Assembly (NCBI GenBank): GCA_016618085.1
Contig: JABLTG010000033.1
Coordinates: 62,001 to 126,000, forward strand
Reading direction: 5' to 3'
Length of the DNA stretch: 64,000 bases
From: Neovahlkampfia damariscottae
Lineage: Eukaryota
Shown here: positions 1-10,829 of the stretch, one piece after another
Position numbering within the stretch: position 1 is the stretch's first letter
Layout: each line of letters starts with the position of its first letter
The notes under the pieces: model-generated
The model's database searches: none
Told to the model about the DNA's origin: nothing
Seen by the model: the letters and a program-made list of their open reading frames with translations, nothing else
Translations under genes and position numbers: made by a program

Positions 1-142
1 TTTTTTTTTTGGTGCATAGGTGGCTTTACCACAGATTTATTTTGGAACAATTCTATTGGCAGCTGAACATGAATGATTCATAAAAACGCAGAGAAAATTT
101 TGACTGTCAGAAAAAAAAAAAAAAAAAACACACACAAGTCTG

Positions 143-880
143 ATGTCCTTTTCTCACGAATATAGTTTTCCATCTGAAAGACCAAATACTGTTCAAACAA
201 CAAGTGAAGGTCATAATTTGAAACAGAATGAAGAAGACATTGGTGACTTAATAGATGACTTAATACATCATACAACAACTCTTTGTTTTAGTGCTATTCC
301 TGTACAAAAGACATGTGAAGAAGAACCATCACCACTTCGTACAGTGGATGGATTTGATGATTTCCTTGATGACATGTCAGTTTCTGACACTGGTGCATTT
401 TCTCAACCACTTGGAAAAGTACCTGTTTCAAAAACTGACATGGATCTCTTGGAAAGAATCTTGAACATTGCTGTCGAAAAAACGGATGACAATTCCAACA
501 ACACCAATGTCAAACAATATCAAGGACGAGTTAAACAAAAAAACAACATTGTTTACCACCCTTATTTACGTCTACCTCAAAAATCCACAACAGAAGAACT
601 TAAACCGAATGTTGTTGCAAAGGAAAGAAATTATGCGATGGACAAAAACACACCACATGCAATAACAAAGTGTACTGCAAAAAATTGTCTACATCTCCAA
701 AACTACAAAACAGTCGCAGAAGCAAGACAAGCAAAATTAGATCCATCAAAAAGATTCAAAAAAATGAAAGGTGCTCCATACAAATGTGCTTGTGGGGCAC
801 CAGTAAAATATTATGTTGAAGATATAGATTTGTGGGTTGGCTCTACAAGATTTGCACATTACAAAAAAAAAAAAAAATAA
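143..880 (+). CDS. Hypothetical protein with acidic N-terminus and Cys-containing basic C-terminal domain
   Basis: 245-aa ATG-initiated ORF; C-terminal CTAKNC...CACG; family not recognised. Confidence 0.6.
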   Translation: MSFSHEYSFPSERPNTVQTTSEGHNLKQNEEDIGDLIDDLIHHTTTLCFSAIPVQKTCEEEPSPLRTVDGFDDFLDDMSVSDTGAFSQPLGKVPVSKTDMDLLERILNIAVEKTDDNSNNTNVKQYQGRVKQKNNIVYHPYLRLPQKSTTEELKPNVVAKERNYAMDKNTPHAITKCTAKNCLHLQNYKTVAEARQAKLDPSKRFKKMKGAPYKCACGAPVKYYVEDIDLWVGSTRFAHYKKKKK

Positions 881-1279
881 AATTTTTGTTTTTTTTGTTT
901 GTTTATAGTTTGGTAATAATCCTCTCATTATATCAAAACCAGAAAATGGTGATTTTCAAAACTTTAGAATTGATTCTAAAGATTATCCCAATTTGGTTAA
1001 TTCCTTTATCCAATGATTTCGAATTATCACCCATATACCCAAATATTATGAATTATTTCAATATAAAATCAAAAAATAATGATATAGATTTAAATACCGT
1101 TAATTTTTTTCAACGTTTAGTTTTCTCATCCAATTAAAACCCAAATAGAAACGAACGAAGCAAAGTCAATCAAAAATGACCCAATGAGCTTCCTTTTACG
1201 GTTAAATAAAAGAGCAATTAGCTTCATTTTAGCTTCTAATTCAAAACAAACAAAATTATTCAAACCCTAACACACCAAA

Positions 1280-2963
1280 ATGACACAAATCCTCAGAAAT
1301 CTGAATACAGTTGACGAAATACCAAAACGTACAACGTCAGATACTTTCAAAAGCTTCAGAGACCTTAACTCTTATGGAATTAAAAAACCAAAATACGTTA
1401 TTAGAAATGCTAAAGCTGAACAACTTTATCAATTCTCTTTGAAACATGATAAAAGACAAACTTCAATTTCATCAACTGGAGCACTTTTATGTTACTCAGG
1501 AGAAAAAACTGGACGTTCACCAAATGATAAAAGAATTGTTGCTGAATCTTCAACTCAAAAAGATATTGGTAAGTTTTAAAAAAATTAAAAATTCTCGTTG
1601 GATAGATTGGGGTTCCATCAACATTAAACAAACTGAAGAAGATTTTAAAAAACAAAGAGCACATTGTATTGAATGCTTAAACTCACTTGAAAGATTATAC
1701 GTTGTTGATTGTTATGCTTCATGGGATAAAAACTATCGCTTAAAAGTTAGAGTAGTTTGTACATCCGCTTATCATGCTCAATTCATGACAAATATGTTAA
1801 TCAAACCAACTGAAGAAGAATTAGAAGATTTTGTACCTGACTTCACCATTTTCAATGCAGGTGCTTTTAAAGCTTTAAAACTTGAACAATCAGAAACTTG
1901 TGTTAGTTTAAACTTCAAAGCAGCTGAAATGGTAATCTTAGGAACAGAATATGCAGGAGAAATGAAAAAAGGAGTTTTCACAGTTCTTAATTATTTAATG
2001 CCAAAAATTGGAGTTTTATCACTTCATTCATCATGTAATCAAGGAGAAAATGGTGATGTTTCATTGTTTTTTGGTTTATCAGGTACTGGTAAAACTACTT
2101 TATCAGCAGATCCAAAAAGAAAATTATTAGGTGATGATGAACATTGTTGGAGTGACAATTCAGTTTTTAACATTGAAGGAGGATGTTATGCAAAATGTAT
2201 TGGATTAAAAAAAGAATTAGAACCAGAAATCTTTGAAGCTATTAAATTTGGAGCTGTTCAAGAAAATTGTGTTTTTGATAAAGAAACAATGGAAGTTGAT
2301 TATGATGATATTTCAATAACAGAAAACACAAGAGTTTCATATCCTTTAGAATATATTTCAAATGCATTGATTCCTGCTGTAACACCAAATTTACCTAAAA
2401 ATGTCATTTTATTGACATGTGATTCATTTGGTATTTTACCTCCTGTTTCAAAATTAACAATTGGACAAACAATGTATCATTTTATTTCAGGTTATACTTC
2501 AAAAATTCCAGGAACTGAAATGGGTATTGTTGAACCAATAGTCACTTTTTCTGCTTGTTTTGGTGCTCCATTTATGGTTTGGCATCCAAGTAAATATGCT
2601 GGTCTTTTAGCTGAAAAAATGAAGAAAAATAATGTTAATGCTTGGTTAGTTAATACAGGTTGGACAGGTGGTTCATATGGAACTGGAAAAAGAATGAAAT
2701 TAAAATATACAAGAGCAATGATTGACTCAATTAATGATGGAACTTTGATCAAAGAAGAATTTGAACAAGGTCCTTTTGGTTTGGCTGTACCAAAAAAATG
2801 TACAAATGTTCCAGCTGAAATTTTAATGCCACGTAAAACATGGGAGAATAAAGATAAATATGATCAAGTATTGAAAAAATTAAATGGATTATTTGCAAAT
2901 AATTTTGAACAATTTAGAGAAAAATGTGAAGATGAAATAACAAACTCAGGACCTCATTTGTAA
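1280..2963 (+). CDS. pckA: Phosphoenolpyruvate carboxykinase (ATP)
   Basis: KTGRSP, YAGEMKKG, GLSGTGKTTLS, GDDEH, NIEGGCYAK motifs; 37-nt GT-AG intron 1569-1605 joins the two ORFs (KDI/DWGS). Confidence 0.96.
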
Positions 2964-3181
2964 ATAAACTTATTTTTCAAAATTCTTTTTTTTTTCTTTT
3001 TTCCGAATCCATGTTGGTTGTTGGCTGTTGCGAATAAAATTCAAAATTCTTGTTTTTGTTCTCATGTGGACTGGTTGAAATCGAAATTCATAATTGATTT
3101 CTGTTGATGCCATTGAAATAAAAAAGGTTTGAGTTTTTGGATAAATTAAAAAATTATTTATTTTACAAGAAGAATGCTTCT

Positions 3182-3763
3182 TTAAAGTAAAAGACAACCA
3201 CCTTTCTTTTTAGCTCCACCACCAGGTGTTGGTTTTTTATCCTTTGATTTTCTAACTTCTCTAACTAATTCATAGAAAGCTTCGTCAACATTTTTTCTTG
3301 ATTTTGCTGATGTTTCAATGAAACCCATTGATTGTTCTGTTGCTGTTTTTTTAGCTTCTTCTTTTGTTACAGCTCTTTCAGATTCCAAATCACATTTGTT
3401 TCCTGCCAAAACCATAGGCCATGTGTCAGCGTCTTTAACTCTGCAAATTTGCTCTGTAAACTCTGATGTTTCTTCGTAAGTTTTTCTGTCAATAACAGAG
3501 TAAACGATGAGAAAACCGTCAGCATTTCTCATATATTGATCTCTTAAAGCTTTGTATTCTTCTTGACCAGCTGTATCTAAAATTTCAAGGTAACAAGTCA
3601 CTTCATCTACTTTTGCGTGTTTTCTGTATGAATCTTCGATAGTTGGATCATATTCTTCAAGGAATACATTTTGAATAAATTGTACTGTCAATGCACTTTT
3701 TCCAACACCACCACCACCTACAACAGCGAGTTTCATTTCTTCAATGTTCTTATTATCAGTCAT
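3182..3763 (-). CDS. Ras-family small GTPase
   Basis: [34 protein letters not shown], CaaX CLLL. Confidence 0.96.
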   Translation of the reverse strand: MTDNKNIEEMKLAVVGGGGVGKSALTVQFIQNVFLEEYDPTIEDSYRKHAKVDEVTCYLEILDTAGQEEYKALRDQYMRNADGFLIVYSVIDRKTYEETSEFTEQICRVKDADTWPMVLAGNKCDLESERAVTKEEAKKTATEQSMGFIETSAKSRKNVDEAFYELVREVRKSKDKKPTPGGGAKKKGGCLLL

Positions 3764-4250
3764 GTTTCCGTTTTGTTTGTTTTCTCTGTTGATTGGTTAA
3801 ATTTTCTTCTCTTTTTATTGTGATTGGTCAACGAACAAGAAACTAAAAATAAACAAGTTCAGTTGTTGTTCATTATCAATGAGAAACAATTTTTATCAAA
3901 AAGAAAAAAGTTGCTTTTCAGTTATACCGTTATGGAAATTTTTTTTTCTCCGCAAATCATTTCATCAGATTTTAAACAAAGTGAAAAAGCACCGTTTCAC
4001 AATTTTCTGATGCTGAACAAAATCCGCACATCAATTTGGATTTCAAAATTAGAACTGCTTGTTTGTAGAAACATATGTGAAAGAAATTCAAGTAGACTTC
4101 TGGATTTATTTTTCCAACAACCTTTTATCATCGATGTATCGTGAAATAATACTGTCTCAAAGAAACCACACAATTATTGAACTTATTATTCAAATTTTAT
4201 GAAAACCTTGTCAGAAATATTTCTGATTGGTTGTTTGTGATAAATTGGAG

Positions 4251-5431
4251 ATGTCAGTTGAGGATGTCAAAATAGCAATTTTTGACGAAAATATAATTAG
4301 TTTAAGAGAGTTAATAAAAAATGTATTTGAAATTAACAAACAATATAATTATCCTGTGTTGGTTGTGTAAGGAGTGACTTTTCTTACATGATTAGGAAGT
4401 AACTTTAAATTTATAAATCATGATTAGTTTGTAAGAAATATTAACTTACTCATCATCATTAGGATGTAAAAAAGAAATATTAATTTACTGATCAACAGGA
4501 TGTAAAACGAATTCAAATTAATCATGATAGGTGTAAGAAGAAATATAAATTGATCAATCATAATTAGTATGTAAGAACGAAATATGATTTTATCAACCAT
4601 AATTAGGGTGTAAGAACAAAATATTAATTTATCAATGATAATTAGTATGTAAGAAGAAATTTGAGTTATCAATCATAATTAGGGTGTAAAAAAAATATAA
4701 ATTGATAAATCATGATTAGTTTGGAAGAACGAAATATAAATTTATAAATTATAATTAGCTTGTAAGAAAGGGATATTAATATATCTAAATCATGATTAGT
4801 ATGTAAGAAAGAAATTTTATTTATCAATCAAAATTAGGGTGTAAAAAAGAAATATATAATTTATTAATCTAAAATAGGATGTAAGAAATATAGATTTATG
4901 AATTAGGATCAGTTTGTAAGAAAGAAATAAAAATTTACAAATCATAATTAGTTTGTAAGAAGAAATATGAGTTTATCATAATTAGAGAGTAAGAAAAAAA
5001 TACAAATTTATCAATCATGAATAGTACGTAAGAAGTTTAAATTTTCTTTTACAATATTCAAACAGTATTTAGATGATATTGTATTTGTTTCATTTAATTT
5101 TATTTTAGGATGGGAAAAAATATGGTGATTTTATTCCTTGGACTCCGCTTCAATATGCAGTAGCTGTTGGAAAACAAGTATGATATTTTTCTATTTATCT
5201 TTTCAGAATATTATTGGTTTTTTGATTGAAAATGGAGCTGATTTTTCTATTGTTGATAAAACAAATAGAAATGATCAAGAAATTACTGATTTCTTGGAGA
5301 AACAAGTTGATGTTAAAAAATCAATAAAATCAAGGGAGAAAATCTATTCAATGAAAAAATTATTTGATGTTCAATTTAATTTTGAAAATAATTTGAAAAG
5401 AAAAATAATTGAAATGGAAAATGATATTTAA
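4251..5431 (+). CDS. Ankyrin-repeat protein whose loop is encoded by an array of 3-nt micro-exons
   Basis: Exon 1 from ATG 4251 (MSVEDVKIAIFDENIISLRELIKNVFEINKQYNYP...); micro-exons 4396-5027; 15-nt exon 5066-5080 (YLDDI); exon 5109-5177 (DGKKYGDFIPWTPLQYAVAVGKQ); intron 5178-5206; last exon 5207-5431 (NIIGFLIENGADFSIVDK...). TPLxxA...LIxxGAD is the ankyrin consensus. Confidence 0.8.
4391..5065 (+). repeat. Degenerate tandem array of 18 units (spacing 31-41 nt), each a 3' splice site, a micro-exon and a 5' splice site
   Basis: Unit consensus roughly ATCATAATTAG-NNN-GTAAGAAnGAAATATAAATTTATCA; AG present in all units, GT in all but one. Confidence 0.9.
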
Positions 5432-5665
5432 GAAAATAAAGAATAATTTTCAGAAAATTAATATCGAAGATTTTTCGAAAATGAATTTTTCTTGTGTGAC
5501 AATTCAAGAGTTGTATTTCGGTCTGTTTCAATTTCTACCATTTAAATGTTGTAATGATAATTTGAAAATGTTCTTGTCTTTCCATTTTTTTAATTTTGTT
5601 TAGAAGGTTTGTTTGTCCAATCAATTGTGTTTTCATAAACAAAAAAAGACAACAAAAAACAAAAA

Positions 5666-7315
5666 ATGGACCAAAAAAGTTGATGAAGTAGAGTTTTGGA
5701 AAAATAAAAAAAAACAACTTGAAGAAGGTTATGAAAGTGATACTTCAGAAGGAACTTATTCAGGTAAAAAAAAACCAAAAAAAAATAATTCTTTATAGAA
5801 ATTAGTGAAGATTGTGATGAATATGATGGTATGACGGATGATTTTAGTGATTCAGATTTAGATGATTTTGAATTTGATGACGATGATGAAGAAGAAGTCA
5901 GTATACCAACCATCGAATCAAATGTTTCACATCGAGAAATTCAAATTAATGCATTAATTTCTGAACGAAGTGAACGTATTAGAGCACTACAAACAGAATT
6001 AGAAGAAGCAGAAGAAGATATTACTCCTGAAATGATTGAAAGAATCAAGTCTGAATTACAATATGGAGGAACAGATTCTGATGATGGAAAGATTTGATCC
6101 TTTTGATGATGAATCAAAAACGAATTTAATTTTAGAAAGAACTAATGTACCAATAGATTTTGAAAGTAAAGGGAGATGGATCAAAATTGAACCATGGGGT
6201 CAAAAGCCATTTCCAACAGAAAAAAAAGAAATTTTAGAAATTATCAAAAAAAAAAAATTATCAATCAAACATGTTCCAAAAAATACGAATTTTGATAAAG
6301 GTATAGTGATAGAATGCTTGAAATCTAACACAGGATCATTTAAAGATATTCCAAAAGAATTTCAAAGTGATGTGGATGTGATGCTTCAATTATTAAAATT
6401 CAAACCAAAATCATTCAAAAAAATGACTGAGAAATTGAGAAATGATAAAGAATTTGTCTTGAAAGCTTTGAAATTACGTGCTAGATATCAATATATTAGT
6501 GATGAATTGAAAAAAGATAGAGAAATTATCTTGGCTTCATTGGATGGTTATTTTCATAATTTTTATCATATAGATGATTCTTTGAAAAATGATGAAGAAA
6601 TATTATTGAAAGCGATTAACACTTACCCACAAAATTTCAAAATGATTCCAAAAAAGTATAAAAAGAGTTTTGACTTTATCATGAAGTCAATTGAAATTTC
6701 AGGAGCAGTTTTATCAAATTTACCTCATAATTATAGAAGAGATCATGATATCATAATGAAATGTATCTCAAGAGAACCATATTCTATTCGATTTATCAAA
6801 TCAGATGTCAAATCAAAATATCTCAATGATTAAATATTCATGGGAGGTTCATTGATTATATGAGTACTGTCACACAAGAAATGAGAATTGTTGCTGTCAA
6901 AAATGGAAAATGAGTTTATGATTTCAGAAATGATAATTATCTCACTGATGAATTATTATTATCTGCATTATATTATGATTTACCTTCTCAAGGATATCCA
7001 TCAAGTTTCTATTTAAACAAGGAAACTTTGTTGAAAGCAGTATCAATTAATCCTCAATTTATAAACATGATTGAGGGAGATTTCAGAAGAGATTTGGAAA
7101 TTTTAATGAGAGCAATTCGATTTATCAACTTTTTGGATGTTGAACATGAATGTAAAACAGTTGATGATTATCTCTTTGAAAAATTGAAATTCTTTGCTCC
7201 AGCAGTGATTAGATTCAATCCACTGATTTTGTCCATCATTCAAAAAAGAAATGATTTTCATTTTAACTTACAAAAATCAACTTTTGATGATGTTCTTTTC
7301 ATCTACAAAAATTAA
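5666..7315 (+). pseudogene. Disrupted DUF4116-like repeat gene with acidic N-terminus
   Basis: LRNDKEFVLKAL-type repeats; intron 5764-5798; frameshifts near 5675, 6090 and 6830; in-frame TGA at 6911. Confidence 0.6.
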
Positions 7316-7337
7316 ACGTTTTTTATTGGTGCACAAA

Positions 7338-7743
7338 ATGAGCGAAGAGGTTTTTGAAGTGGAACAAGTTGATCCAAAAATAAAAATCATTTCAAAAAAA
7401 GAGGAGTTTTTAGATGTTCCATTTACCATTGATATATTTGTAATGAGTGATTGTCTATGGATTTGGATTGGAAATGAACAAGCACCTTCTTTATCAAATT
7501 TAAGCACAGCAATGAATTCAAAATTTGTAAGGACAAAAAAAATTAAATCAATAGAGTTCTGTACCACTTTGTACAAATATTTTTGGACCTCAAAATGATA
7601 CATTAGTTAATGGTTTAGCAAAGAAATTATCAATGAAAACTAAAAAGGTTGTTTATGTGAGTTACAACCTTGAAAAATCAAAGGAACATCAAATTTATGT
7701 TGAAAAAACTATATTACAAAATATTAACGAATGGATAAAATAA
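7338..7743 (+). CDS. PSMG4: Proteasome assembly chaperone 4 (PAC4)-like
   Basis: LWIWIG...LSNLSTAM...GLAKKLSMKTKKVVYVSYNL; 28-nt intron 7527-7554. Confidence 0.75.
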
Positions 7744-7773
7744 AGAGTTTTTTTTTGTGAACAATAAGCACCA

Positions 7774-9000
7774 ATGAAAATCACAACCAAAAAATTGTTT
7801 CAAAACTTGACTGAAGTGAAACGAAGAAAGTTCTTTATATTTGGTACATGGAATGAAAATGAAAAATTTGAAACTCCTGTGACTGTAGAATCGATAGGAG
7901 AGTTAAAACCAGTTGTACTGAAATCTGGTTCATTTCACAGTGCTTTTTTGACAAAAGAAAATAAATTATACACATTTGGAGAGAATAAATATGGTCAGTG
8001 TTGTAGACATGATTATTTTATTGATGATCCATCTGAAATTGAAGGAAATTTTTCTCAAATTGCTTTAGGTAAAGAATTTACATTAGCAACAAATGAAGAC
8101 TCAACTGTTGTTTATTCATCTGGATTAAATGATCGTGGACAAGTAATTTCCAATTATAAAACTAAAATTCAAGTTAGGAATTGGTTCGTTTAAAAATCAA
8201 TATGGTTTTCAACACGTGATGGAATTCACTGATGATAAAGTTAAAAGTATCTCAGCTGGTGGATCAATGAGTTGGATTTTAACAGAAAAAAACAAAATAT
8301 TCTGTTTTGGAAACAACAATTTTGGTGAATTAGGTTTGGAAAACTTTTTGCCTATAAAAACTCCGAGGCTGTGCGAAAATTTAATGAATCACTTGAATGA
8401 TAATATACTATCCATAAGTCCAGGATTAACACACACCATATTTTTAACAGGTAAAGAAATTTAACACAAATTAAACATTCAGAGTCCGGAACTGTTTATT
8501 CAATTGGAAGAGGAATTGAAGGGCAACTAGGAAATACACAAAGACAAACATTGATTCCATTAAAGGTTGACTTGAATAATGAAAGAATTTCAAAAGTTGT
8601 TAGTGGATATTTCCATAATTTAGCGTTATCAGGTAAAAAAAACTTCATATTATTCAATTTTGTAGAAACAGGAAATTTATATCTTTGGGGTAAAGGAATC
8701 GAAATGAGAGATATAGCTTGGGGTGGTTCAGGTGTTGATAGAATTCAACGAACTGGAAATGAACATTTAATTCAATTAGTTTCATCAAATGTTGTTAATA
8801 TCTCAACAGGTCCATTTCACTTTATTTTTTCAAAAAATAATGGTGATACATATGGTGTCGGATTGTCAAATGATGGACAATTAGGATTTGTTGAAACTGA
8901 TTCAAGAGAAATTACAACTCCTGTTCTGTTGGATCATTTGAAAAACATTGAATCAATCTCATGCGCAGCTTTTTATAGCATAGTCTCAATCAAAGAATAA
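7774..9000 (+). CDS. RCC1-repeat protein
   Basis: Repeated GxxHS...LY.FG.N.YGQ / GQLG motifs across ORFs joined by short GT-AG introns. Confidence 0.85.
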
Positions 9001-9056
9001 AATTCGAAATTTACATTTTGACAAATCAGGAAAACCTAAAAAACAAATTTGAAGAA

Positions 9057-10505
9057 ATGTCTGATTGGAATTCACCAATCACAACTTCAATTGCTTCAAA
9101 AATGTTTCAACAAAACAACAACCTGACGATTCATTTTGATTCAATTTTTTCAAATTCTCATGTTCACGAAGAGTATCATTCATTTTTGAAAACAGAATTC
9201 AATCAAGAACCGTTGAACTTTTTATCCGAAGCAAAGAAAATACAAAAAGTTTTAGACAAAAAACAACAAGTTTCATTAGTAAAATCTATTATGGATGAAT
9301 ATATCCGAGTGAATTCAAAGTCAGAAATTAACATTTCTCATCAAGTTAAAGAAACAATTTTACAAAAATTTCAACCACAAGAAAAAGAAGAAAGTTGGAT
9401 TTTAGAAGAAGAACCAATACATTTTTTTGATGAATTATCAAAAGTGGTTAAAGCTATTCTGTATCATGATTCTTGGAAAAGATTTATCCGTTCAAAATTT
9501 GGAAAAAAAATTATGGAAACATTCTACAATGATCCAAAAGTGTGTTCACCGACATTAACACAAAAATTTGATTTTGATGATGAATATTTCATGCATCCTT
9601 TCATTGAAGATAAGGATTTTGATTTTGCAAAATCACTTTTTAATGATGGAGCTCATTGGGAAGTATTTCAAATTTCTATTTAACTTCATTTTTTAAAGTT
9701 AATTCATTCTGACTCAAAGAATCAAATCAATACATTCTATTCAAAGCTGAATTATTTACCAAATCTTACCTTCAGCAACACAATTAGTATAATCAAATAC
9801 GAAGCAATTATGCCATTTTCATTACAAAAAGCACTTTTGTCGACTGTATCAAATGAAGGTCTTTTCAAGTCAGATCCAAACATAACACGAGTGAGAACAA
9901 TAGATTTCAAAACTTATCAACAAATTCAAAATGAATATGAACATAAACAAAATATTCTCAAATATGAAAGAAGTCAAGTTATGATAATTTCAGACATTAA
10001 AATGCCATTCCCATTGAACCCAAGAGTTGATATAACATCAAATGCAATGCATTATGATTCAAAAGAAAAAGCATTCTATTGTTTGGCAAAACCATATGTC
10101 AAAGATAACAAAGAAATGTTGAAATCAACAAAAATGGAAGTAGCTTTATCAAAAGGTGGAAAGCCAAAAATTACAAAAGCATATACTTATTTCAATTACT
10201 CAATGTTGTGTTTGAAAGTGATTGATGACTCAGAGATTATTTTTTCACAAGTTAATATTGTGGATCTTGGTGGTTCATCAAGGAATAAGTCATTATTCTT
10301 GTATGGTAAGTTTTTTTATTTTTTGATTGTTTCAGCTGCCAGAGAAAGAGGAAAAGGATTTAAACATACAATGACTGCTCTGGCAAAGGATATTCCAAAT
10401 GATGTCAAAATTTCAGATTATAAAGAACATTTCAATAAAGAAGAAAATGGAATTCCAATTGATGGATTAGGGAAATTACTGCTTGAAGTAGATTTAAATA
10501 ATTGA
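9057..10505 (+). CDS. RGS-domain protein with C-terminal START-like region
   Basis: FLKTEFNQEPLNF, YIRVNSKSEINIS, DSWKRFIRS; short introns near 9664 and 10306. Confidence 0.75.
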
Positions 10506-10829
10506 ATAATTCCAAATGCAAATTTTATTCTCTTTAGTTTCTTTGAGCTTTATTTTTGGAATTTTTTCTGTTGGTTTTGATTCATACTTAAGTTTATGTT
10601 TCAAGTCTTTTTTGTTTTGTATTTCTGCCATTGAGTTAACAAAATCATTTTCTGTTGAACATATTCAACATTATTTTAATCGACGAGTCATTTTTATGCA
10701 AACATTCTGAACTCAATGGAATTTATTTGATTAAAAAAAATTTGGTGACAAAATCAATCAATTTCAAAGACCCATTTTTGTAGTTATTTTTATCCAATCA
10801 TCGGTGATCATTTTTTTGGTACCAAAGCA

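Noticed and set aside
832..1137. 101-aa ORF and similar intergenic ORFs (3824-4144, 10516-10710)
   Set aside because: Low-complexity F/L/I/K composition from AT-rich DNA, mostly non-ATG starts, no motifs
1778..2752. Antisense ORFs over PEPCK and similar shadows over other genes
   Set aside because: Expected stop-poor reverse frames of real coding sequence
2970..3113. 47-aa minus-strand small ORF (MASTEINY...)
   Set aside because: No recognisable motif; may be the 3' UTR of Ras
4424..4672. 82-aa minus-strand ORF with 13-aa periodicity
   Set aside because: Antisense by-product of the repeat; unit lengths are not consistently multiples of 3 and the frame breaks on both sides
4391..5065. CRISPR array or plain minisatellite
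   Set aside because: No unique spacers and no cas genes in a eukaryotic context; conservation centres on AG and GT with a fixed 3-nt gap, which fits splice sites better
6831..6913. Stop-codon reassignment or selenocysteine suggested by in-frame TGA/TAA
   Set aside because: Conserved genes use TGG for Trp and end at TAA or TGA; other ORF breaks are explained by introns; this locus also has frameshifts
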